This document shows, piece after piece, positions 19,660-31,600 of a stretch of DNA of 64,000 nt (its first letter is position 1; each line of letters begins with the position of its first letter). The notes below the pieces were generated by a model that was not told where the DNA came from, did no database searches, and worked only from the letters and a program-made list of their open reading frames with translations. Location of the stretch: positions 32,001-96,000 of the forward strand of contig CAVZSV010000004.1 in assembly GCA_963778115.1 (NCBI GenBank), written 5' to 3'. Source of the DNA: an uncultured delta proteobacterium (GTDB lineage Bacteria; Bdellovibrionota; FAC87; UBA2466). The position numbers and the translations under genes were made by a program.

Positions 19660-22600
19660 TTACTTCACCGGCCCTTGACCTTCCGTTCCTGGTTGCGCCT
19701 CCGGCGGCGGTTTAATGTCCGAGCCCGGAGGTAACCAGAGTTTAGACGGTGCTTCGGGCTGTGCCGTCTTAGGAACTATAATCGCCGAAGGTGCTGCGGT
19801 GCCCTGTGGAGCGGCCGCGGTAAAATCTATGAAAGGAGGAATCTCTTTTCCTCCCTGCAGCTGAATCCTAGAATGCGAGCGCGTAAAGAGCGTTCTAAAC
19901 TTTCCAAATTCGGCTTCCATGGCAGAATCTCTTTGAGCCTGCGCAAATAGGCCTTCTCCCATGGTATTCAACCAGCGTTCTTTCACCTGCAGATCGAACG
20001 CCTCTCTTTGCAACTCGACACTCGAAAGCTCAATATTAACTTTCGTATCTCCGAAGATCTGAATCATATGGTCCGCCGTTTTTCTAGCATTAGTATTTCG
20101 GGGCCCTTTTAAGAGCCTTGCTAGTACCTCTGGCTCTTTTAGCATCTCGGGCTGCACCAACATCTCAAACGGAAGCTGAGATTCGGATGCCAGAATCTCG
20201 CTTTGAATTCCCGAAGCTTTAATCAACTTTCCTTCATGAGCGAATTCCGGCATCGCAAGGACTTGCCGCTCGATCGCTTTCATGGCGCGTGCAATGAGCT
20301 TTTGCTGGGCCACCCATTGGTCGGCAGCCATACTAGCCGCTTTGGCCACTAACTTTTGGTGCGCTTCTGCTATCATCGGATAGAGCTCACCATAGACATA
20401 CTGAGCTTCGGTAATCTGAACTCTAAGAAGCGTTCCCCCACTCGCCTGCGCGACAAACTCTTTCAGGTCTCGGTAAGCCATGTCCTCGGTCATCTCGATT
20501 TGATGAAGCTCGCTTCGGACATAACTTCGGATACCGGCCTGGAGGATAGAGGTCGCTTTTTCACCATCGATGATTCCTTCGCTCTCTAAAGTTTCGATCT
20601 CGTCAAGCAGATGAAGTGTTTTTAGATCTGCTAGCTCTTTGTTCCACTGCTCTTGTTCGGCAAGATCGGTCGGCATGGCTCTTTGGAGCTTAAAGTCCTG
20701 AAGCGCTTTTAGGGAACCATTTTCCGAAGCGATCTCAACGGACTTGGGATCTACAGCACCCGCATCCACAAAACGTTTCACGCGCGGATTTTCCTTAAGC
20801 GAGAGTCTCGCTCTCACGTTACCAGCCGGAGCCGCTTCGGGTGCGGCGGAAGCCGGAGCCGGAGGTGCCGGAGGCTTAGGAACGTCTTTGGGAACCGCTG
20901 CCGTGGGTGGCGGCTCGGGAGGCTTTCCGTTGGGACCTTTGGAGCGAGAAATGGGATCAATCTTTTTGCCCTGGCGAAGGGCTACTATTTCATCCGTCTG
21001 CTCGTCGATGAGCTTATTAACTTGGACGTCCGACCACCCTTGAAAATCTTGCGGATGACTTTTCATTCGAGCCCGCACGTCTTTTTGTACTCGAGCACGA
21101 ACCTCAGTCTCAATTTGTCTCCATTTATTCGACACGGGCTCTTTCGCGGGAAGACCATCTTGGAATCGAATGATGGCATCTGTCGTTTCATCAATATAAC
21201 GATTTAAAGCCTCGCGATTTGCCCCTTGAGTCATTTGCGGGGGAAGACTCTCTTTTTTTGCTTCCACTCGAGCCTTAACCTCTTCTCGGATGCGCTGCCA
21301 ACGTTCGGCTGGCGTCTCGGGAGCCTTTTCACGCTTGGTCAGCGGCGTTTTCCGCCATTGCATCATTTCATCGGCCGTATCGTCGATGAGCCGCTCAATG
21401 TGTTTTTCCGTAGGAAAGGAACGGAAGTTTTCAGGGAAGTTCGTTCTTTGCTCGTAGACATCTTTTGAAATTTTGGCTCTCAATTGTTCTCTTACCGCAT
21501 CTTCCGATTGGCGGGCGGGGGCCTTAACCGTAGGCACTTCATCCTGAAACTGGATGATGAAATTCGTGGTTTCATCGATGTGGCGGTTTAGCTCAAACTC
21601 ACTGCCCCCTTGGACCATCTCGGCCGGAAAACTATCCCGACGCGCTTGCATTCGGGCCTGGACATCTCGTCGAGTGCGCTGCCAGCGTTCATCGGTGGTT
21701 CGGGTCCATTCTATATGCTTACGTATTACGGCCTCGGCCTCATCGACATGTTTCGACATCTGGCGAGCCGGATCCATGCTTTCAGCTAACTCACGGGCCT
21801 GTCCCGTTAACTCGTCTGAAAATTTGATAAAGTAGTTTTGAAGGTTGTTTCTCGTGACCCTGGCATATCGTTCTACCATGGCGCCGTTCATGCCGTTAGC
21901 GACCGCAAGATAATCGATTCCTAAAGCGTCAGTGGCCTCCTTCAGGGTAAGGACAGGCGCCTCAGTGAGTAGCACTGACAATTGACGACTGACCCGCTTT
22001 TCAAGATCCAAAGGAAGCGTTCTTCCCAAAAGAGTCTCTGTAACAATTCCTTTAGCAAAATTATTTCCGAGTAACACCGTACGATTTCCCATCGCGGAAA
22101 CCAGAATTTCAGGAGGAACTGAAAGAACGGCAGACAAATTTTCTAAACTAAGCGGTCCACTTCCCGGCCGACCAACACTCGTAAGCTTTCGAAGCAGCTG
22201 ATACGATTCTTCAAGGAGCCTTTGATCGGTTTGCCCGGCAAAATGACGTTTCTGTAGAGCGTAATATTCTTCGAGATCCGAAGCGCTGAACTCAGCAAGT
22301 TCTTGCATCTCGCCGAAAACAACTCCGTGAGCTTCCGCAAACGTCTGAGGCATCGTCTTTTCCGCATTGAGATAACGTTTCGCTAGAGTGTTAAATTCCT
22401 GCGGATTAATGGGAGTTTTCCCTAGTTCTTTCGCGGGTGTGACAAAGCGGTAGCGAGCGTCCATATCTTCCATGGCACGCGTCAGACGAATCGCCTTTTT
22501 ATGTAACGCTACCTGCTCTTCGCTCAAGGCTCGTCGAAAACGCAACATCCCTAGTCGCCGTTCCAAGTAAGCCGAGGTCAGCCCTTCCGACAAAATGCCT

Positions 22601-25600
22601 TTTAGAGAGTCTGCTTCTGCCGCGGGTAATAGATCGTGATAGAGCAATTGGAGATAGCCATTAGTCGGAAATGCCAGGGCCAATTTTTCGACTTTAAGGC
22701 GTTTTATCTTTTCCGCCGTCAGAGGATCCAGATAAGGCACATGGGCCTTTGCTTCAGCGTCCAAAGCGTCTTGAGTCGGACGCAAAGAGGCTAGAAGTAC
22801 CCGTCCAGGATTTCCCATCTCAGCGGCCAACGCATCAAAATCTTTTCGGGCCAATATATCGATAAACTTTTTAAACTCTGCCGACGAAGTATCTTGGGGC
22901 AACCCACCTAAATTCCACTGACTTTTGATTTCATTAATATCTTGCAAGAGATCTAGCTTTTCGCGTCCTTGAGGAGTCGCTAACTCTTCCACTACCGTCT
23001 TCGAATCGGCTCCCACCTGGCGGGCATCGACTTGGGCCGGGAGATAGCTTTTGAGCTTTGCCGCCATCGGATGAGAATCATCGAACAGGGCTGTGAGTAA
23101 CTCCGCCATGTCTTCATCGGAAGGAACTCTTCCGTTCATCTTGGCAAACGTAACCCGAAGCCGGTAATCCGCGGCCGAGACGACTTCACTGAGCCTACGG
23201 AAAACTAAAAGCTGTCTGCTCCGTTGAAAACCAGAAACCGCGGGAGTGATTTCGTTTAATAGGGTCGAAGGACGGATTAAGGAGTCGCTAGCTGCCCAAC
23301 GAGTAAACTTCGAAGCTCGTAATCCACGGCCAATCTTGGTCACGCCCCAGTTAAAAGCGTCATAAGCCGTTTCGGGAATTCCAACGACTTGAATCGCGGT
23401 CGGCATCATTTGGGCTCCAAACGACTCCCCACTTCCGTGCAGAAATACCAAGTTCTGACTGCTAATAAACGGGGTGCTCGCGTTCACTTGAGCCCGGCAT
23501 TGGAATGCCCGCGCCATCGCTTCGGCCGATCCGCCCTGGGCTTGAAGTGCAGTAATTCGCTTTTCAACTAATCTTTGATACGATTTGGCGAGTTCTGGAT
23601 CCAAAGAAAAGTTTCCAAATACGTCGACGCCGGAACTCAACGCCTCGGTAAAGGCCTTTTCACTTCGAGTCTCTAAAATTTCGTGAAGCTGACTGGCACT
23701 TTTCCACTGACCTCCCACTTCCTTCAATTCCGATTCGGCCATGCCCAATTCTTTTAACTGCTTCACTAATTGACGTTTGGCATACTCTTCGCCGCCAAAC
23801 TTCCTCACCATCGCGGACCAACCGCCTTTGAGCGATTGCCAGGTGGGCGACGCCAATTGCCATGCGGCAAGCGCTAACCAACCTCGCCACATCCACCCCA
23901 GCACACTGCCTCGCTCTTCTTTTAGATCCCTGGCCGCATCGGAAATCATGATTCCCGTTTCGTCTTTCATCAAAGGAAGATAGCCCTCGATATCGGTATC
24001 GCGAATATTGGCTAGCATTTTTAGACGCTCAGGTCCGAAATAAAGAAGCTCTCCGACCTCCATGCTCACTTGGTAGCCAAACAAAAGCGTCAGTGAGAGT
24101 CTTCCGACATGGGAGGCCAGGGCAAGACCAGTGCCGGATCCAATGGGCCCTTTAAGGAAATAGGATCCCACTAGCATCACACCCAAACCCACGGCCACAA
24201 AGGGCTCCAAGTAATCTTCAGTTAGTCTTTGGCCCAGACTTCGCTTCGTCTTTAATTCTTCAAGCAAGTAATAAGCTTGGCGACTCGCTCCTTCCGGCAT
24301 GTAGTCATTTACGAAATCCAAGACGTTATCGAAATAGACTAATTCAGCGCTTTTGATTTCGGCTGAAGCCCTCTCAAACTGTTCGTCTGTTTCGATGTTC
24401 TCGACGTCTAGGGTACACAATTTGTCTAATCGCCCTACGATATTGTCGCCGATTCTTTTGGCCCCTCTTTGGTATTCAAGTAAAAGCACTTCTTCCGTGT
24501 AGTAGTCTCCGATAACCCCTTCCACCGCTTCAAGTCGCTTTCGATTCGCGGGTGTTGCAGATCCTAAAACCGCCCACTCGGCAATGCGATCGGCTTCGTA
24601 AAGAGCGCCTAGGCCGTAAGTTTCCGTCTTTCCTGCCCAGGGCAGCTGGGGCTGGTTGGGATAACCCACCTGATCGGCAAATTTTTGCAACATCCCAGGA
24701 ATTCGTTTTGCCGCATCGGTAGAAAGCGCCCATCCCCCGTCGATGGCGACGCTATTACCACGTTTTTGCAGATAGACCGCCCCCTCGAAAGGATACTTCA
24801 CTCTGAGTTCGTCCACTTGACGCCTAAAATCGATCCACGCTTCGCGTACCTTTACGACGCGCGCGACCTCATCGCCCGAAGTCTTGATACCCAAAAGCTT
24901 GGCACGATCCACGATAGCAGTCGCCCTGGGACCTTTGGCATCGATGAATCGGAATTCGCCGCCAAGAGCATCGCTCCTACCTCTGTTATTCATCCGATCG
25001 CGTTTCAACGGATTATTCTCACGAAGATTCCATTCCCCTACCAATTCGTTTTTAGTCGCTACCATTTGCTGATACAGGGGACGTTCTACGTCATCCCCGT
25101 TGATGCGATAAGAGAGGTAATTTTTGGGGTTTTGAACCCAGTTGAGATATTCTTCGGGACTTTTAAATGCACTAAACGAACGCCGTTCCAAGGGATGCAC
25201 GGGTGTCGGTCTAAATCCATAGGTCGCACCAAAAGTGTTGATCCCCGTGGCACGCGCGGCATACTTGCCGGGAACCCAATTGGGATTTTCGACATAGGTC
25301 CCTCCAACCAACGAGTTCCCCATGCGCCTGTCACCCACGGCAATCAAGAAATCGCGTTTCCCTTGAGCGACAATGCGCCAATCTTCGGCCCGACCCCAAC
25401 TCTTAAGCACCCACTCCCAGCCGTCAAAGCTTTTGAGATTCCACTTGAGGTGGTCGGTGATTTCACGCATCAAGCCAGCGCGATGAACATCTTTTAATGG
25501 TCCTTGATTGATTCCCGTCGAGACATCGGGAATGACACCATAACGATTGGGATTTAGGTTCCAATTGAGAAGTGCCAAGAAATACGGATACGTTCCGGGC

Positions 25601-28600
25601 TCCGAGGTAGTGCGGGCATTTCTATCCGCCTGCTGCATCAAAGTTAAAATCTGACCGTATAGGGGAGATTTCTTAAACTCCTCGATGGAATCAAAAGCGT
25701 CCCACAGATGCCATTCGTTGTCCTTAAACCGTTTGGCGGTTTTTTCCGTAAAAGCCGACTTCACGTCCGAGTCAGACGACAGATCACTAAGCCAATTTTG
25801 AAATAGGAAGCTCTCTTCGGTCTGTTCTCCGCTCGGAGCCCACTTCCAAGTAAAGGCTTTCGATTGCTCATTTTTGAAATAGGGCACTTCCGCTTTGCCA
25901 TTCTTCTCACGCCAGTATTGGCCCCATCCATTGACGGAGACACCTGCGTATTCTGTTTTTGGCTGGCCATCTTTGGTCCTGGCCTCCTCGGTGTCATCGG
26001 AAAAATGCTTCTGCCAGAACTCTAGCAGTCGAGCGTCCGAATCGTGTTGATAACTATTGGACTCGAAGGCAAGTTCCTTTTTAAAAGGTTCAGGAGTAAA
26101 CGCGTCTGCGTCTTTTACTCCCTTTTCTTCGGCCTTTTCTTTTTCTTTTCGCTCTTTTTCTTTCTCCTCAAAGGTCTTAAGGCTGTTCTTCTTTGCTTCA
26201 AGACTGGTGACACGCTGTTCGTGGGCGGAACGTAAGCGATTCTCCTCGGCAAAAAACAGTTCTCGAATATCTTCTATGATCTGATAGCGCTCGATATTGG
26301 AATAAGAGGTGAACTCTACTAGTCCTGTCCGCAGCCGATTGTTTTGCGTTTCCGTTTTTGGCACGAACAACCGATGATGCTCGAGACGATAGTGGGTATG
26401 GGGGCCGACAAAATCAGTAAAAATTCCTGTCGTAAGAGCATCGAAGAGAACGGTCGATGTGCCACTAAAGTTAGGGTCCTTTTTTAACTTATCCCAAAGT
26501 GCCAGCTTCTCTCTCACTCCCGTCACCCATTTTTGGTAGGTCAGACTCGAATCGGTCAAAGGCTGAAACAGAATCTGAGTATCCGACAAAGGCGGGGGCG
26601 GGGCGATGCCGACAACCGCAGTACTTGGAGCGGGAGGAGCGGGAGGTGCTAAAGAAGCTGCTTGTCCGTTAGCGACGGCCGTACTTGCCGCAGGGTTAAG
26701 TCTGTTAGCGGTGGGTGGTTTAGTGACTACGGGTTTTGTGCCGCCTACCACCGGAGCGAGAGCAGGCGTCGGTTTTGCAGGATTTGCAGTCGCTGGCTTA
26801 GCACCCGGAGGTACGGGCTGAGCCGTTCTTGGTGTCGAAGCCGCTTGCCCCTGAACCACGGGGGATACTCCTTGCGGCCCCACTTCTGGGAATCCAGAGA
26901 ATTCAAAACCGTCGTCCGCGTTCCCTTCCCTAGAGACCATCTCATGCTTCCAGGCTTTGAAGCTTGGCTCGGCGAGCAAAAGCCCAGAGAGATAACCACG
27001 AACTTTGGTGTAAAGCGATTCTCGTTCCCTGGGAGTCAAATGGCTTACGACGGTCAGACGGTCTTTAACGTCTTCCGAAGTCAATTTAGCCGGAAGATTC
27101 GCCTCTTCACCGACAATCTTTTTTATCATCTCGGGAGTCAGCGCATTAAGTCCAAAGAAGGCGATAAGGGCTTCATTCTGCGCTTCCGTCGCATCTGTTT
27201 TGCGTCGCTCAACTGCCGCTTTAGCATCCGGATATTCGTCGGTAGGACCATGCCGAAACCAAGCTTGCTTTTCCATTTTTCCGGCGTCGGATACCAATGC
27301 GATGGGTCCAAAGGTATTTGACGGCCCTTGGAATAGGGCTGTCGCCGGCTCGACAATCTCTTCCCAATAAGCCAAAGCGGTGGTGGGAAGTATGCGATGC
27401 TCCTTCGCCCATTCGGTATCCATCTGAGTTTTGAAAACAGTAGCGCGTTTTTCCAATGTTTCGCAGGCTTCCTTAATAGAAGGAAAGGCTAAGGGGCTTG
27501 CGTCGAAAATAACTCCCGTGTTCATCACCTGCCCCAAAAGATTTAGAGCAACGGGGAGAAAAGAGGTTTTCTTTTCGACCTCGCTGCGGCCCTCCCTTAA
27601 GTTCCATATCTGTTTCAAGCGATGAATCGAAAACTGCGCTTCGTTGCCTAACTCTTTTAAATTTCCCGGGTTCGTCCACAGATTTTGCACTAAGGCGAAA
27701 CTTCGGGGAGTTGAAAGCAGCTTGGCGTCGGTTAATAAACTCTGTTGATAGTTTCGCGCAAAGGCATCCGCCATGCGTGGTTCATTACCGGCTTTACAAT
27801 AGGCGACTAGATCTTCCATGTACTCACTGGCAACACCTGGCTGAATGCTGGCTGTTCCCTTGGCCACTTTTGCAATTTCATTAAGGTCTTCCAAAACCCG
27901 TGCAGGCGTGATGGTCTGAACACGCGCGATGGCAACCGGAGCTTTGGCTGAGATCGTAAGCGGCTTTCCAAAGAGATCCTCTGAGGTATTGAGAAACTGA
28001 TCTTTAAAGAAAGCGTCCCAGAATTCGGGTTTCAGCTGCTCTGCTAAGACCACTCGCGCCGTCTGGGCTTCGGGCAATTTCGGAAGGTAATTAGAGAGAA
28101 TGCGATTGAGATCGGTCGCAGCTTTTAGATCTAATCTCGCCCGATCCCTCAATTCCGTTGCTCTATCAATCTCCTCTTTCTTATTTTTTCTGATCTCTTC
28201 ATTATTGAACTTATCGCTGGCATCGTAACCAATGAGTTTCGCCACAGTGTTATCAAAGACAAAACGACGGCCGCGCTCAATATAGCCGAAGAGACTCACC
28301 TCTTCGCGATCGAGCTGCCACAACTCTTGCTGAACTCTTTCAATCGTCTTTTCCGCTTCTTCGATCTGAGTCGCGGGATCTTTTTTGGGAGCTTCTGCTT
28401 GCACCATGAGGTCCAAAACATTCTCGCGAAACGTTTCAAAAGAGGGAAATAAGACTTCACGCATCGATTTTACGAAATCGTCTTTCGCCCAGGTGACGGT
28501 GCCCGTATTAACACTTCGGCCCAAGATAAAAACCGGCAGCCGCGAAAACAAAAACCTGGCATGAGGGTAAAGAGTTTTCAATGTCTCGGCATTCTTAGCT

Positions 28601-31600
28601 TCGATGGCCTTTCGGACCTGATCCCTCACAACATCCATTCGAGAGAGCCAGGAATCATATAGGTTATGATCTTTAAGCGCCTTCTTCGTCAAAAAATCCG
28701 ACGCTTTCAAATAGACATCGTTTCCTTTGTCTTTGTGCTCTGTCGCGTGCATGCGATGAGAAAGTTCCGACAAGAAACGATCTACTTCGGGAAGTAAGTC
28801 ATTGGCCGCCGGAGGTGCGGCTTGCAAATCATTAATCTGAGCGACGTCTTGTCCGTACCAGCCGTCTCTTAAGATAATAGCGCGGGCACTTATGGCTGCA
28901 TCGTAAGCTTTTTGTGCTTTTTGTCTCGCCGTCAAAGGCATATTCAAGGACGTTCCCAAAGGGACGATGGAATCCAGACGTTTTAGGGCGGTATCCCACT
29001 TCCCATTGGCAAAAAGCCCGTCTTGCAACCACAGGCGAATATAAAGTGCCTTGGGATTTGCTAGGGGATTTTTTGCATCCACACTTAGTGTCGGAAGCGC
29101 ATTTAATCGTAAACTAGAAGCCTTTACCGAGACGTATTTTCCTTGTGCATAGTTTTTTCCCGTGACACGCCATACCCTGACCCATTCGGCCTTTTGTTTC
29201 GGCTCGTTGTCTTTCCAAGGAATCACCTTGGCACTGACTGCCGGAACCTTTTCGTTAGGAGTACCGGTCACGCCATCCCACTGCTGAACAGGAATAGAAA
29301 CGTCATACGGTTCGTCATCGCCAATTTTCCTGGCATCCTCGGCTAACTTTTTAAGACTATTTTTCCCGTCGTATTCAAATCCTTTTGGACCAAACGAATC
29401 TAAGAACCCGCTATTAAGCGCCTGGTGGGTTCCAAATAAAGCGCGCTCCTCAAAAAATCTAGAGAGGTATTGGTTTTTGAAAATTAAAGTGGCGTCATCA
29501 TACCAACTAAGCGCATCTTTCCCTTTATCGTCTTTATATTCGGTGGCAAACTTTACCCATAATTCCGGCGAATCCAGAACATGGTTTTGGAGAAGCACTC
29601 CGTTTACATCAACAAATCCAGTTAGCGTCTTGTGCAATTTTTCTAGAGTCTCTTCTTGCGCCTTATATACTTCGTGAAGCTTTACGATCTGATCTGTTTT
29701 ATGGGAAGCGATCGTCTCATCCATTTTACCGATGAGGATTTCCCTATCGTGAATAACTTGTAGGGTCTTTTCAAAAAGAGCTTTCCATTCTTTGGTATCC
29801 CCTTGTTTCGGTCTGTTAGTCAGCTTAGGACGCAAATAGTTATCGTAAAGGGCGTTAGCAAATTCAACTTCAGCCGCTTCATAGGTTCGGGTCGCTTCTT
29901 GGGGATTCTCTCTCATCCATTTTCGGAGCGCAGAAAAGTAGTCCCCTCTGAGTCTAGTAACAACCCCTCTATCTTTGTACGGGTTTGCTTCGAGCGTTTC
30001 GTTGAACTTTGCAATCACTTGTGCGGTAAGCGCATCGGTACTGTCAATCGTTAGCGATTCGACCGTTCCATCGGTCTTTTTAACCTCTTGTCGGAAACTC
30101 TTGCGAACTAGATCGTCCGTAAATCCTTTCGCGATTAACTTCTTGGTAATGTCTTTTTGCGTACGGCCAACGATATTTTGCAGCCCCTTCTTCACAATCA
30201 CATAGTCTCGTCCGTTAGCCGGATTGGTCATTCCGGTCACCGGATCCAGAGTGAAGAACGGATATTGCCCCTCACGCCCATAGCCATCGGCCACCTGAAA
30301 AGGAGCGGGAGCCAAAGTGGCGTTCGGAACTTGAGCTTCTCTGTAGGGGTAATTGAAATTATTCCATGGATTGATCCAATCATTGACCGTGGAGGTCGAA
30401 ACCAATCCAGGAGCCGGATTCATCCAATTAGGTAGAACAGATCCGCCAGATACCAGGGCCGGAATAACTTTCTTCCCGAGCTCATGCTCGTGCATGTATT
30501 GTTCGGCCTGTTCCGCTCGCACCGCTTCCTCATACAGCGGCATCAACTCCCGAACACGTCGCCTTGCAATTTCATCCGCTTCGGCGGTCGCATCGTACTT
30601 TTTCTCAAAACCCGGATAGGCCATCAAACGCTTCGTAACTGCCGAGGCCATGCGATTTAATTCCGGCTCAAAATTTGAGGAAGCAAGGTAGGCTTCCCAT
30701 TTGGGGCGATAAGAGGCGTCCCAAAGATAGTTGAAGTAGTTCGCCACCTGTTCGTTGGAAGAGAGGGTAACCGCGTTCGTCCCATAGACTCGCAACGCAT
30801 CGGAAAGCGCGTACAAGAGAACCTCACGAACCATTTTTTCGACCACGGCATTTCGATTCTCAAATTCTTCGTCGGACAACTTCTCAAGATCGTTTTGAAT
30901 GAGAAGCGACCAGAGGGCGAGCTTTTGCCCAAATTGATTGGCTAGATCTTGGGAGGCGGTCTTTTTGCCTTCCCGAATGCGCTCTTCAAAGGGCATCGCT
31001 TTAATAAGATTGCCGGCTAGACTCGCATTAGCGTTCCCATCTCCGCCTTCGCCCTGATCTTCGGCTGCGGGAGTTTGCACCACTTGTTGCTGTTGCATCG
31101 ATGAACCGGAAATCTGTTTATTTCGTTCGGTCGTTAACGCTTTGGTGGCACCTAGTACTAAATTCTCAGCGACCTGGTAAAAATCGGTACTCGTATTGAC
31201 GGGAGGAACCGGGAGTTCCGTCGTCCCTTCGCGGTATTCTTTTTCGAGAACGGCGACCGATTTCGCCAGATTTTCGATCCAAGCGCGCCTTGGTGAAACG
31301 TGATTTAGATCGTTAAACAAAGCGATATACGGATCGACATCTTTATTGAAGCACGCTTGAGGAACCGTTAATTGGCTGTCTTTGGGGAGAAAGGTATTAG
31401 CCGCGGCCAATTCCACCAAACGGCCTTTGATGGCTAGCTGCTTAGTCGCGCTTAGATATGACTTATGCGGCCTCTCCTGGGGTTTCGTAGGATCCGGAGG
31501 GAGTAGTTCCAGCATGATGCGCTCGTCCATCTCTTGAACGTTCTCTTCCTTGGCGTCACACAGACAAAACGCATTCTCCTCAAACTCTTGGCTAGTAGCT

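Noticed and set aside
24685..25497. 270-aa plus-strand ORF and other antisense ORFs within the giant gene
   Set aside because: Shadow ORFs with atypical composition, fully inside a 13-kb coding frame
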